From NCBI GenBank assembly GCA_000002445.1, contig CP000067.1:1184001-1248000 (forward strand): 64,000 nt of DNA, given 5' to 3'. Source of the DNA: Trypanosoma brucei (taxonomy: Eukaryota). The stretch's first letter is position 1, and every line of letters begins with the position of its first letter. Both the position numbers and the translations under genes were made by a program. Of the stretch, positions 42,101-54,433 are shown in pieces. The notes under the pieces are model-generated. The model had not been told where the DNA came from. It did no database searches and saw only the letters and a program-made list of their open reading frames with translations.

Positions 42101-43775
42101 GTGACCGTCCCTCTTTCAGTAGCTCATAGTGTGGAATGAAAACGTGCTCCTCCGTCTCGACAACTCCAACGCCCGACGTGAGACTGTGTGTGAGGGATTC
42201 GAGTCCTTCATCCGTTAACGAGCAGTCCGAGCTCCCAAGGCCAAACGGCTCGTCCACAGTTTCGTCATCCAGCGGTATTGATGGTTGCACCAGGAAGGGT
42301 AGCTGGTACTCCACCTTCAGTGGCTTCAGCATGGAGAAAAACAGGCTAGAAAACCCACTTCGCCTCCTGTTCCCGCGTGTTGCGGCAAGCGCCGAGCCTT
42401 CCTCAGCCGCCGGAAACTCCGCAGCAATTCTAGGCGAAATCGGTAGAAAGGAGAATACATCCCTGGCTTCTCCCTCGTTTCCTCCTGCCCCCACCCTATC
42501 ACCATAGTGTTTACCACCACCACCACCACCACACGATGGGTTCAGCCGCCCGCCCCCTTCATCTGTCATGGGAATGGATGCATCTACCACAGGCGGCAAC
42601 GTTTCGGCTGATGCTCTTGGGGCAGACCCTCGTCTCGTCGAACTAGCCCGTGGGAGCATCTTGTCCCGTCGACGCTCGCTGCTATTGTTGGTGTTATCCA
42701 ACTCTGTCCCTTCCGCCTCGCCATCCTTCCACTGCTCGCTGTGACAACAGTAGTTCACATAGTTCGCAGAGGGTGAAGCGGTGCCTGGAAGCAAAAGTGG
42801 TGGCGCCCCCGGTGGCAGTGGCGGTGCGAGTGCTCCTGTCTGAACGCGTGCTTTGAACTTGCGTTGATAATGTTTTTGTTGCCCTCCATCGTTGCTCGTC
42901 AGCGCATTCGCCGGCGTGTATGTGTTCGATTCGTTGCACGGCGGCTCTGCATCTCTACCACTACCTTCTTCCCCAGCAGAGACCGAATGATTGTTCGACA
43001 CGCTGGACCGTTGACGGTCCTTGAAGGACAGTTTCGACGTCTGTTTTCTCGCTGTCGTCTGCGACGTTCCCTGCTGTGTTCCAGTATATGTAGGCAACCG
43101 CAAGGGTTGGCCCTGAGTTCTACACCCACCGCCGCCATCGTCATTATTCATTGGACTTCCGTCCCCACTACGAACACTAGCACTAGAAGCAAGCCTCCAA
43201 CACGCGGTGCTGAAGCTCACGCTGAGGCTACCAGCATCCTTTGAGAGCTGCTGCGAAGTAACGCTTGAGCCACACAATGTTGCCGAGCGATCTGATTTTT
43301 CTCCCCTTGAAAAATTAGTCGACCGCAGACGATCTTTGAATGGCACAAACGTCCTTTGTGGTTGCTGCTGTTGTTGATCAGGTCCATCAATTGGTTTTGG
43401 TCCTGCAACTACTGGATCAAGAGTTACCGGGCACTGCGGCAGCTTAGCGGATGAAACGAAGCGCACGTGCATCAGCGGAAGAGTTACTGAGGGTTGCATC
43501 TGCTTATGGCAATCACTCGCCCCACGATTGAACCGTTCGGCCAGAGGACCGTGAAGTAACATCTGGGAAAGGGGTGTAGTTGGATTTGGTGGTGGTGTCG
43601 CACTGCGGCGGCGGGCGATGAGCAACTCATTTCCACGTGGTGAATATGGACTGCTTCCACTCGGAGTACGTTCAAATGCCTTGGGAGGTCTCCAATTTGG
43701 TATGGGTGTGAAAATATCACTACTGCTGCTTTCGGCGCTGTCAGCACCGGTACCTCCACCGCTATTAGAACTCAT
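39147..43775 (-). CDS. Large protein (1542 aa) with C-terminal PP2C-type Ser/Thr phosphatase domain (~39480-40430) and a long low-complexity N-terminal extension containing a Cys/His cluster
   Basis: PP2C motifs seen: VFCVFDGHGGD (~40385-40425), GCTACVVGI, ANIGDSGAAF, DHRTTDPGERARINAAGY...EGLLAVSRALGDYDFK, VVACDGVWDTL (~39525-39556). Cys cluster HHCKCCDRRPASFLCLHCLTALCPSH at ~41200-41290. Confidence 0.85.
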   Translation of the reverse strand: MSSNSGGGTGADSAESSSSDIFTPIPNWRPPKAFERTPSGSSPYSPRGNELLIARRRSATPPPNPTTPLSQMLLHGPLAERFNRGASDCHKQMQPSVTLPLMHVRFVSSAKLPQCPVTLDPVVAGPKPIDGPDQQQQQPQRTFVPFKDRLRSTNFSRGEKSDRSATLCGSSVTSQQLSKDAGSLSVSFSTACWRLASSASVRSGDGSPMNNDDGGGGCRTQGQPLRLPTYTGTQQGTSQTTARKQTSKLSFKDRQRSSVSNNHSVSAGEEGSGRDAEPPCNESNTYTPANALTSNDGGQQKHYQRKFKARVQTGALAPPLPPGAPPLLLPGTASPSANYVNYCCHSEQWKDGEAEGTELDNTNNSSERRRDKMLPRASSTRRGSAPRASAETLPPVVDASIPMTDEGGGRLNPSCGGGGGGKHYGDRVGAGGNEGEARDVFSFLPISPRIAAEFPAAEEGSALAATRGNRRRSGFSSLFFSMLKPLKVEYQLPFLVQPSIPLDDETVDEPFGLGSSDCSLTDEGLESLTHSLTSGVGVVETEEHVFIPHYELLKEGRSRAEVILSTVRAVCSGLNLSVLSAPPDTIASCRKCDEGGADETKAADPSPCGRSGRADRRHTREGGVGLSQSSSTNEDTKSVSNVGTIIASEEDDCFTFGVVSTSYPLFPTEDQDKSDCKVAARLLFNAEKGVMLISAEDEVKKYMNKPLKAGTPNGRAEGGKGARCSFERSNIGVSRDSAVQERPQQAQQKGIEKRQEEEEGEETEGLLWRYGGNQESGTLDATLVLPSHGTEKDSTRDRNAFYEEDGSVSRCTCTQQLITKDARGVDYSRYHAHKLYHHCKCCDRRPASFLCLHCLTALCPSHVTRHYNDSIPAVGKSKRGASSVCETMDDEETGRNAVGACSLFINILDIMTSFDRVYWCEPCQSFTWRYTEVYDPLVDQLAATRGTYLEDPVRDIACVGYEVQIKCYGEAQPSFCGRTSAHSSVLRDRPLVNRNALQTDIALFYPPNAGQDVTPTEGGSAAISGTIECGLGSPRLVGSASPLPRCSAMEDTLHVGVTAPKLISLGAKVQGWRATQEDAEAAFVISIPCLSDTPDTGADDDKAEETIAARESNDAVAMAVFCVFDGHGGDAVAKLAASRFESHLRKAVCSVRHDEAEASAVLRRVDQESTTPQYSVSEASPLRPRESGCFPQLSSNDVNSGAALGDVGVRSVSNVTVEMVRQLTEGSADKSVARGSAADHSETSDTCHGLSASPTVSRREMEALRLYFAGIMEEALLSLDDELRSSDEGRRGDYNCTGCTACVVGITTNFILCANIGDSGAAFYTPQDIVPISITHRTTDPGERARINAAGYTLVEHRIEGLLAVSRALGDYDFKQCGGRGPREQAVTAVPDVTIMPVPPAAAVGRWGVVVACDGVWDTLTPHQVHHAIMNTPNDLEVASSATEVVIRAREMAYASQKEGDKSHINTEKYRCGADGERENGGSKTVDNVWGGKCCHGGASGASIDALLLTSAAGIFAQCVAPVDNEEGVGMDNCSLFLIEQR

Positions 43776-43899
43776 ATGCTACGCAGCGGCCCTAAATGAT
43801 GCAGGTCAATAAACGAATTCACGGACACGTAAACCAACCGCTTCAGATTCTGGCCAGCCTTTGTGAGGCCACGTGTCCACGCCCTCTGCAACTATTTTT

Positions 43900-46800
43900 C
43901 TCCTCGTCGACTACTTCCGGAACAACACTTATATATATATATATATATATATATAAGCTACTCCAACTATCCGCCTTGCCCTTTCCCCCACACCCTTCCG
44001 ATGTCGCAGCCAATATTGTTGTTTTCCTCGTGGTACTCTTAATCGAGTTCACTATACCTGAACAAATGTTTGGATATGGTGTGAACGCAGTCAAGAACAC
44101 AACGAAAGAAAAAATTCCCCTTTCCCTGGACTTTACGTATTAATACTTTGCTCCCTAATGTACCACACCAATTGCTTATTCCTATCCAAAGTAAATATAT
44201 GTATATGTGTGTGCGTGCGTGCGTGCGACTTCTTTGTTGTTTTTTTTATTTTCCTTCTTCTCGTTTCTCCTTCTTATTCCCGTCTTCCTGTGTTGTGTTG
44301 TATAGTCGTGTTCTTTTTTTTTTTTTTACCCAATCTGGGGTGGCTGGCAATGCGGCGCGGTGCCGCAATCCAAACACACTTCTATTCTCACTCGAGCAAA
44401 GTCTCTTGTTTTTCTTTTTTTTTCCCCCCCCGCTCTTCCCTTTGCTCAAACGAGTTTCACAAAAACACACACACACACGCACACACACACACTTCTGCTG
44501 CTTCCTTCTCCAGCAGCTTAAATGAATTTATTTGTACTTTATCAAGTTGTAATAATATTCCTGAGTCCTCCTACCTTCTTTTTTTCTTGTTCTTGTTGAG
44601 GTGTTCCTCTCCCTTTGATGCTTTCAATTTCAGTACCGGCGCCGTGATTGTGGCGGTAGGGGAGGAGAAGTAGAAGGGTGAACAAATTGATAAAATAAAA
44701 ATAAAATAAAAATAAAAATAAAACAGGAAAAGACAACAAAGTGCCTCTTCTCTCTGTCGTGTCACACTACACTTGTTGCTTACACACGCAGTTCAATGTG
44801 GCGCAAAAAAAAAATTAATTAATTAATTAATTAATTAAATAAAATTTTAAAAAAATGATAAAGATAAGAAACAATAGAAATAAAGATAAAAGTGAAATGA
44901 AGATTCAGAGATGAGATGAGATGAGATGAAAGCAACAACTCAACCGCTAGTTGAGGTGAAAATATTCACAAAAGAGGGAAGTGATGTTGATGGTTTTTAA
45001 GTCGTATCAAATGACACACAATCATGGAAATAAATACATAAAGATGTATGAATATGAGCGTATGTGTTTTGTTTCGAAAGAAGGAAAAATAAAAATAAAA
45101 ATAAAAGAAGGGAGAGTGTTGTAAAGGTCCCAATGGAAACCTTCATTACAGAAAGTTTTTTTTTTTTGGAAATATTGGTGGGTTACATATAAAAAAAATA
45201 TGTGTATGCTATTTAAAAAACAAACAAACAAACGGAGCGAAGGATTCACGATGCCGCTGGTACTAAAGTCCTGCAAGGGCTTCACACGATACGAAAGCAT
45301 GGGAAGAAAAATAAAATAAATAGAAATATATATATATGTTTGCGAGAAATCAATTGCTACTTTTTAGTTTTTCTGGAGTAATGACACTTTGCGAATGAAT
45401 CAAATAAAATCACTTCTTCTCACTGCAGCTTCCGACTGCTTTTTGTTTGTTTGTTTATTTTTGTTGTATATATATATATATATATTTTATGTGGTTATCC
45501 GCTAACGATATTTTTCATTTGCTCAACCCTAAACTAAATGTTACACCTTGATTCTCTTCATTTCATCTTGAAATGTTGGAATGCGATCCCTTTACACCTT
45601 TTTTGCTTCAGGTTGCAGCGTCCTCACATCATCGGCTCTCGTTTTTGTTTTTGTTTTGAAGGAAGAGGAGGAAGAGGAGGAGGAGGAGGAGGAAAAAAAG
45701 AAGGGAATAAATTCTTTTTTTTCTTTAAAAAAAAAAAGGACTCTTCACTTATTTAGCTGTTGCTTCCTTCTTTTTTTTCCTTTATTTCCTTTTCTTTCTT
45801 CCTCCTCCTTCCAATCCCGTTTCCTTCACTTTAACTGCTCATATACTTACCTTGCTTCTAAACCTACAAATACGTATAGAAAACAACAACAACAACAACA
45901 GCAGCAAAAAAAAAAAAAAGGAGAGGGGGGTGGTTGTGGTGGTGGTGGTGGGACAGAAAGTCACATGCAAAGAAGGAAAGTGATAGAAAGTGATAGAAAG
46001 AAGGCAAAAATGCCAACGTATACAAACACACAAATATGCAAATACATATGTTTTTTTTTTCTGCAAATAACTATAAGGACGTATATGTATATGTGTAAAT
46101 GTGTCCAATTATGGAGAAAAAGCGAAGTGGAGTTGTTGTTGTTTTTTTTTTTGATTGTAACACTCTCCACAAAAGTAATAATGTTATCGTTGGAAAACGG
46201 ATATGACACTCACTTATAAAAATGGCCCAGTTTTACACATTTGTGTTCCTCGAGCTTCTTTCGTATTTTTTCGTATTTTATTTTCTTTCCTTTTTTTTTC
46301 CATCGTTTTTGCCTTATTGCTCTGATGTTTGTCCATGACATGACGTATTTTCCCTTCTTTACTTTACTTTTACCTTTGCGTCTTTTTTCTTTTCTTTTCT
46401 TTTTTGTATTTTTTAATTTATTCCTTTTTTTTTTTGCCTTTTTGCGTTCCTCTGTAACCAATCGCTCATTTAAACAGACAATGCGCCAATTAATGCAATG
46501 AAAAAAAAAAGAAGGGGAAGGGGAGGGGGGGAAGAAAAAATGAATAGAAAGTAAAGATGAAACAAAACAAATTAAGAAAAACAAAAACAAAAGCAAAAAC
46601 AAAAACATAAACATAAAAAAAAGTGAGCGTTTAAGGAAAGAAAAGAGTTCGTTTCTTTGCCTTCACCACTCGCTTTTTTTTTTTTGCAATCAGTCACTTC
46701 AGTTACATTTGGTTCAGGATGCCAAATTCCTGAGATGCTTTGTTGTTATTGTTATTGTTGTCTTTGTTGTTATTGTTGTTGTTGTTTCCCCCTCTTTTTA

Positions 46801-49800
46801 TTCTTTATTTTTTTTTAAAAAAAATGTTATTTACTTTAAAATGTGCACTTGCAAGTAATATAAAAAACAGAACTTAATATAACGAAGAAGGAAAAAAAAA
46901 AAATGCAGCAATAGCGGTCGACACTGGAGTTTCCTCCTGTTCTCCACCATTCGACTGTTGTTACTGCCTTCAAACTCTCATCTCCAACAAGCCCATGTCC
47001 TCCTTTTTTTTTTGTTTTTTGAAAAAAAAAAAGTATAAACGTATCCAATAATAATTATAATAACAGAAGAAGCAGAAGCATCAATAATAATAATAATACT
47101 CATAGTAATGGTAATAATCTTCATCATAATGCATGTAACAGTTTAAAATACCGTCGATCACCACATAATATCACTGAAAGCCAACAAATTTGAATAATAA
47201 ACATTTGACACACATTAAAAAAACAAAAAAAACAAAAAACTCCTCAATAACACGCCGCCATCTCCATTTCCATCCACTCATTTCCCCCTTTTCAATCAGT
47301 TCAAATAATTTTTTTTTCCTCTTTTTCAACCCGTCCCTTTTTCTTCATCCCTCACTTTCCAACTATTCATATGAAAAGTATATGTAAGTAATATAAATAT
47401 TAATTAATAAAGGCGGTGTTGTTGACGAGTAAAGTAAAAAAATTTGAAATAAGGAAAACAAAAGCAAAAACAAAAAAAGAGAGACACAAAAGGAGAAAAC
47501 ACATGTGCTCATATATGTGGGAGATTACAAATATTTTAAAAATTATAGCAACTTAAAACAGTCAAAATAATGGCGTGGCACTTCGTGAGCGCTTCGGCTC
47601 AAGTTCTTTTTACGAAACAAAAAGATGGTGTTTTGCGTGTGAAATACGTTCCCCCTTTTTTTTTCTTGTTTTTTTTTCTTTTTGAACTTTCCTCTTTAAA
47701 CGGCAGCACAAAGCAAAAAAGAAAGAAAAAAGAAAAAAAAGAAAAAACAAGAACGCAATATATATAAATATATGGTATATAAAATATATAATTTATATAC
47801 ACTTTCATGTGTGTTCATTTCTTTATTTATTGCTGGAGCACAGAACCCCTCCCGGCGGTTTAATTTTACCCCACTCTTGTTGTAATGTTTTTTTTTATTT
47901 ATTTATTATCATATTTTTTTTTCTCCTCTTTTTTTTTCTTTTTTTTTTGTCCTCCCTCTCTCTCTCTCTCTCTTGCGTTTTTGACATCGGACATCACTCT
48001 ATAGTTAAATATTTGCCGTAATACAATGAAACAAAACAAACAAACAAAGAGCAAAAGATGAAGCATAATAATAATAATAATAATTTTTAAAAAAATGAAA
48101 ATAAAAATAAAACCGTCCACTGGGGTAAAAAAAAAAAACAAAAAGAAAACACACATAATAATAATAATAATAACAATGATGATGATGACGACAGTCAAGC
48201 AACAAATATTCACTTTTTATGAAAAATATAAGCTGAAGTTGTTTTTTTTTTCTTCCCTCTTCACCTATTTTTTTTTGTTGTTCTTGCACGTGTCATTGGC
48301 CTCATGCAACGAGATACAAAACAAAACAAAAAACAAAAGAGAGGAAAACACAAGGAGTTGTAAAGGAAAAAAAAAATTTAAACAGCTGGGAAAAACAAAA
48401 AAACAAAAGGTACAAATGGGTAAAATGTCCCCCATATTAATTTATTTGTATTTATTTGAAAATTCTTAAAATATAAATACAAAAATATTTCTCTTTTTTC
48501 TTTTTTCTTTCTTATTTTTCTTTCTTTCGCGTTTTACATCAGCTTCACACACGTGTACATGCCTCAGAATGTTTCATATAAATATTTGAGTTCAAATTCT
48601 TTTCCCTCTCTTCTCTTTTCTTCTCTTCATTTTTCTTTGTTTTTTTTTTCCACGGGTATATGTTTTTTTCTTTAATAATAATGGCAATAGTTTGGTTAAT
48701 TTAAAGAAAAAAAATGAAAAGAAAAGGGATCGGCAGCGTTGTGTGTTTATTGTTTATTTATTATTATTTTTTTCCTTCACTGAATGTAAATAAATATAAA
48801 TGCATATGAATGTTGTATATATATATATATTCGTCGAAGAAAAAACAGAAAGAACAACAACAACAATAATAATAATAATAAAGGACAAGAAACCATATCC
48901 TTTTATTCGTTTATTTCAGATATTGTTACCTTCAATAGCGATTCGCTGTCACGGAATATGCACTACTGATTTTCCTTTTTTTTTCTGAATTCTGTAAAGT
49001 CGTTTCCGCTGCTGTAATTATTACCATATTTTTTTTCTTCATATTTATTTATTTTCACTTTTTTTTTCTGTGAAATTATTATTGTTATGATTATTATCAC
49101 TCCGCCATGCCACGGTGCGGCAGGGAAAACAAAAGATGAAAGGATATATAAATATATAAATAATGAAAAGTACGACACTGAATATGAGAATTCAGTGTTA
49201 AAGCACCCAATCATACAAATATATTTAATTATATTTAATTATTTATATATTCCCTTTTATTCAGCGAGAAATAAAAGTCAAAAAAAAAACATTGGCGCGA
49301 AGCACTTCACTTTGTGCTACCCCTTATTTTTTTCTCAGCCCCTACGTTTTATTTCTTGTTTTCTCACTTATTTATTTGCTTATTTGATTGTTCTCTTACC
49401 GTTTCTTTATTTATCACTCTTACAAATATATATATATATATATATAGAAATATATATATTAAAAATTCAAAGCAGTCATCATCATCATCATAATAATAAT
49501 CATCGTTGCTATATATTTTTTATTTTTATTTTTATCCGCAGTGATAACTTCTGACACCACAATATTGAAATCAAATAATATTCAAAGTATAAACCCGCAC
49601 TTTCCTCCTTCTCCTCCTCCTCCTCCTCCATTCCTCCTTGTTGTTTTTTCTCATATAATTACGCTCATAACGAGATTTTGTCACAATGAAAACCCTCTTG
49701 GTTTTATAACAGTAGCAATAACAATAATAATAATAAAGACATTGTTATTATTATTGTTATTATTATTAATCATCATCATCTTTATTGTTGTCGTTTTTAT

Positions 49801-52800
49801 TGTCACTTACAGTCAGTGCTGCCGTTTCCGCTCATATCCCAATCATTGTGACGATGGTAATATGGCTTCCAAACAATACACGAAGAGAAGAAAAAAAGGA
49901 AGTAATAATAACAATAACAATAATAATAATAATTAAAAAAAATTAAAAAGAAAACATAAAACGCTGAACCCAAACAAACAAACACTCACAGTGAGTCAAA
50001 CATACAATAGAGGAAAAAAATGAATTTAAAATAATCAACCAAACGATCAAGCTTTAAAGTTGAAGTGATAAAAAGTCAGAAAAAAAGGGGTGAAGATCGG
50101 GAATGAGTAATAGTAATAATATTTATTATTATTAAATAATTAAAAAAAAAAGAGATAAAATGTTGGAAATTAAAGAAGCAATCGCAACCTGCTGATGGTA
50201 TTATTTGCACAACATCACTTCACTCATTCACACACCGATTCCCCAAATATGTGTAAATTTATTTATTTATTTATATATATATATATATTTATTTATATAC
50301 GTGTGTGTGTGTGTGTGTAGTAATGCTCAAGTATAATAATGAAACATACCAAAGGAAACAAATGGGTAAACAATCAACGAAAAGTATAATAAAAAGAGGG
50401 GGAAACAACAACAACACAACACAACACAATACAAAAAAAAACAGAAGATGATTGAGCGTATATAAATAAATATGTGTTTATTTTGTATATTTGTGAAATA
50501 ATGGCAAAAATGTATTAAAGGGAAACCACATGCCATTGGCGTCCCTTTCACCCAACATTTGGTTTATAACCTCTCATTTTTCCGCATGTTCTTAATTATT
50601 TCCTCTTTTATTTGCTTTTCCTTTCCTTTCCTTTCCTTTCTTCTTTTGCTTCTTTTTTTTTTACAAAAAAAAAAGAAAATTATTTTCTCTCCTTCTCTTT
50701 TTTGTTATTACTCGTTTCATCAACATCACATCAAATCATACCGCTCTTAATTTCATCATATCATTTATTACAAAATCCTCTTCCACACACGTACATAATC
50801 ATATATATATTATATATTATATAATATATATATATTCATCTATTTATATTCTTTTTCGTTCTTTAAAAAAAAAAAAACACTTGCACGCCTCATTTGCACA
50901 GAAAATACACAAAAAAACGAATAGTCATGCGAGAGTTGGAGGGGAGGGGGAAAAAAAAAAGTCATTGGATGGGGAGGAAAAGTAAATGAAATGAAATGAA
51001 TTTGTGAAGTGAAAAGAAAATGGAAAAGGAAAAATAACCATCACGTCATATATTCAGTAAGGCAAAAAGAAAAAAAAAAGAAAAACAAACACACACAAAA
51101 GGTGAGAAAAGAACAACATGTGCATAAGATAATAATTCATACAAATGAAATTGGGCGCAGAAGTCCGAGGAATGGGCCCTTAATAATTTCAAGAAGCATA
51201 AAAACAAACCAAAAGATAATAATAAAAAACACGGACTAAAAAAAAGAAGAAAAAAAAAGAAAAAAAAAAGAGGCGACTCAACAAGTCATAAATACAGAAG
51301 CGCGCATGTATGTTGAGACAAGGCCTGACAAAAAAAGAAAAAAAGACCCGTAAAAAAAAAAAATTGAAAAAGAGAGAAAGAGAGAGAGAGAGAGAAAAGA
51401 GGAAACGGGTACGGGTACGGACTGCATTTATTTATTTATTTATTTGTTTTACAGAAACTCAACTAGTCAAAGAGAAACTAAACAGTTGAATGAGCGAGAC
51501 TGTTGGACACGTGTGAAGCCCATACGAATAGATAAGTATACAAAAATACAAATATATTTATATATATATTTGTATTTATATTAATGAATCTGTGGTATAA
51601 ATATGTTTTCGTTACCGCTGTTCAGTTTCCTTTCGCAAAGTAGCGAACAAAGAAAAGACATAAGTACAGCAAGTGGTTAATAATAATGGTTCAATTTTTC
51701 ATTTCTTTTTATTTTTATTTTTCTTGGCACTCTTATTTTCTTTTCGTCAACTGTCATTATTTGTTGTTATTGTTATTGTTATTGTTATTATTATTATTGT
51801 TATTTTTTTCGTTGTTCCTCTTCTTTGTTGGATTTCCTTTCTCTTTTTGTTTCTCTTTTTTTATTTTATTTTTCGCCTCCTCTCCCCTCTAACCTCTTTT
51901 CTTTATTTATTTATTTTTTGTTCCTCGTCGACTTACTTAAGCCAATGGTCAGATCTCCTGTAATAAACAACAACAACAACAGCAACACCAATAATAATAA
52001 TAATAATAACTTCAAAACAAAAACGAAAAAAACAAAAACAAAACAAAACAAAACAACTTTTCTTCCCTTCTTCAATTCAACTCTCATTCTTTTTTTTTTT
52101 TAGAACCTTCCGGACGCGGCCGAAAAGATCAACAACGAGAAGAAAAAAAGAAAGAAAGAAAAAAAAAATTTACCTCTCGCCACATGAGCACATATTTATG
52201 AAACAAACACGCGCACACAGAAAAAAAAAAGTAGGTTGTGTACCGGGTTATTTAATTACACCATTGGAACAAAAGAAAGTAACGAAATGCAGAAAAAAAA
52301 AAGAAATAAATAAAGGAATAAAAGAAAAGATGAGGGGTGGGGATGGGCGTATTTGTGTTTAAAAAAAAAAACACACACACACACACACACACAAACTTTC
52401 TTCTTTTTTTTTTCTTTTTGTCCTCATGTTCGTGCGTCTGTTTCATGTACTTCAATCAACGTATACATGATGTTTGTTTATTTGTTTGTTTTGTTTCTTT
52501 TTTTTTCTTTCCTTTCCCTTCATTTGTTTATTTATTTATGTTTATTTTACTTATTTATTTGTAATTGCTTGTTTGGATGCGTATTGTCTTTTTTTTCCCC
52601 CTCCCTTCCTCCTTTAATAAATAAATATAAATATATATGTATGTATATATGTATATTTCCCTCTTCTTCTTCTTTTTTTCTTTTTCTTTTTCTTTTACTT
52701 TTCTTCTTATTTAGGGTCATAAGTTCTTATTTATTTATTACTTCAGCTTCACAGAGCTTTTCTTTTTCTTTTTTTGTTTTGTTTTCAAATCCCCCTTTGT

Positions 52801-54397
52801 GATTTAAGCTTGTTTTTTTTTTTAAAGTTTTGTGTGCACTTCCTTAATCCAAACATGGTTATCAATATCATAAAATTTTAATGAAAAAACAGAAACATAA
52901 ATAATAAAGAAAAATAATATATATATATATATTATTATTATTATTATTTCCCCGTCCCCCACTCCTCCTTTTGTCAGTTGTTTTTATTTTTATTTTTATT
53001 TTTTTGTCTCCGCCCCTTTTTCTTTTTTTTTTTCAAAAAAACAAAAAAACAAAAAACAAAAAATTCCTTTTTGCGGTACCAACCCGATGGTGACGCACCA
53101 CACATACAAAAATACACAAATAATAATAATAATAAAGGAAATGATGGAAGCGTTGAAAAATGAGATAAGATAAAAACAAAACAAAAAATTAAAAAAAATG
53201 AATTTTTCATGCACCAAAATTCAACGAATTAAATAGAAGGCTCAAACTAAAAACTAAAAACTAAAACTAAAAACAATAGCGTAGCATAGCATAGCAAAAA
53301 AGAAAAAAAAAGCAAGCGATGGGGCAACAACCGAAAAAAAAAAACAGAAAAAAAACAAATGGAAATGAAAATGGAAATCTTGAGAGGAGACGTGGCGGCT
53401 ACATGCGGTTTGACGGCCACCATGTAATGTAATGTAATTTTATTTTATTTTATTATTTTTTAAAAAAAAAACTCTCCTTTACTCGCTTTCCAAAGCTTTC
53501 CTTTTTCGCCCCTTTTCCCTCCGTTCCATTTCTCCTTTTTTTTTTTAATAATATTAATATTTATTATTTATTATTGTCTCATGATGCCGTGCATTAAACT
53601 GATAACATGTTAATGCAAACAAAAACAAAATAACGGCTGAGAGCATTGCGACAAGGGAAATCGGGAGGAGGGGGAAAAATAAATCGTGTGAAATATTAAA
53701 GAATCAAATAACAAAAAAAAACAAAAAAATGTAGAAGGGAGACATAACACGTGGCAAGTTAAAACAAAGCAAAAGCAAAAACAAAGATAAATAACAATAA
53801 CAATAACAATAATAATAATAGAAAAAAAGAGAAAACGCGTCAATGCATGAAGGGAGGAAACCCACGACAGTACGCATAAAAAAAAAAAGTAAAAGGTAAA
53901 CGAAAAAATGAGGAATAATAATTTCACAATCGCAAAGAAAAAAAAAGGAAAAATGGCAGGGGAGCTAAATAGGGGAAATGGATGAGTAATAATAATAACA
54001 ACAACTTCCCCTTCTACCCTCCCCTCCTCCTCCTTCTCCGGGAATAAAAAAGGCTGATAAATAAAACACAAATAAGCGCAAATAAACAAGGAAAGAGACG
54101 ACATACAGGAAACAAAACAGAATCCAACAAAAAAAACACAAAAGATGAAGGTATGTTTTGCTTTCCCTTCTCTATTTTCTCACGCCTTATGTTTTTTCTC
54201 CCCTTTTTCATTTTTTTAAAAAATTTTCTCCATTGCCTTCTTTTGTTACCTCCACCACTTTTGTATCTACTTACTTGGCAGTTAACGCTGTTATTTCCCT
54301 CCCTTCGGCGTTCGTCCGCATCTTCTTTTTCCTTTCCTTTCCTTTCCTTTTTTTCGTTGTTTCCTGTTCTCCCCTCTTTCACTCTTCCTTGTTTTTT

Positions 54398-54433
<36 letters not shown>

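Noticed and set aside
41392-42129. 245-aa plus-strand ORF inside the PP2C gene
   Set aside because: Antisense to the PP2C-containing ORF. The Ser/Pro-rich translation has no domain signature.
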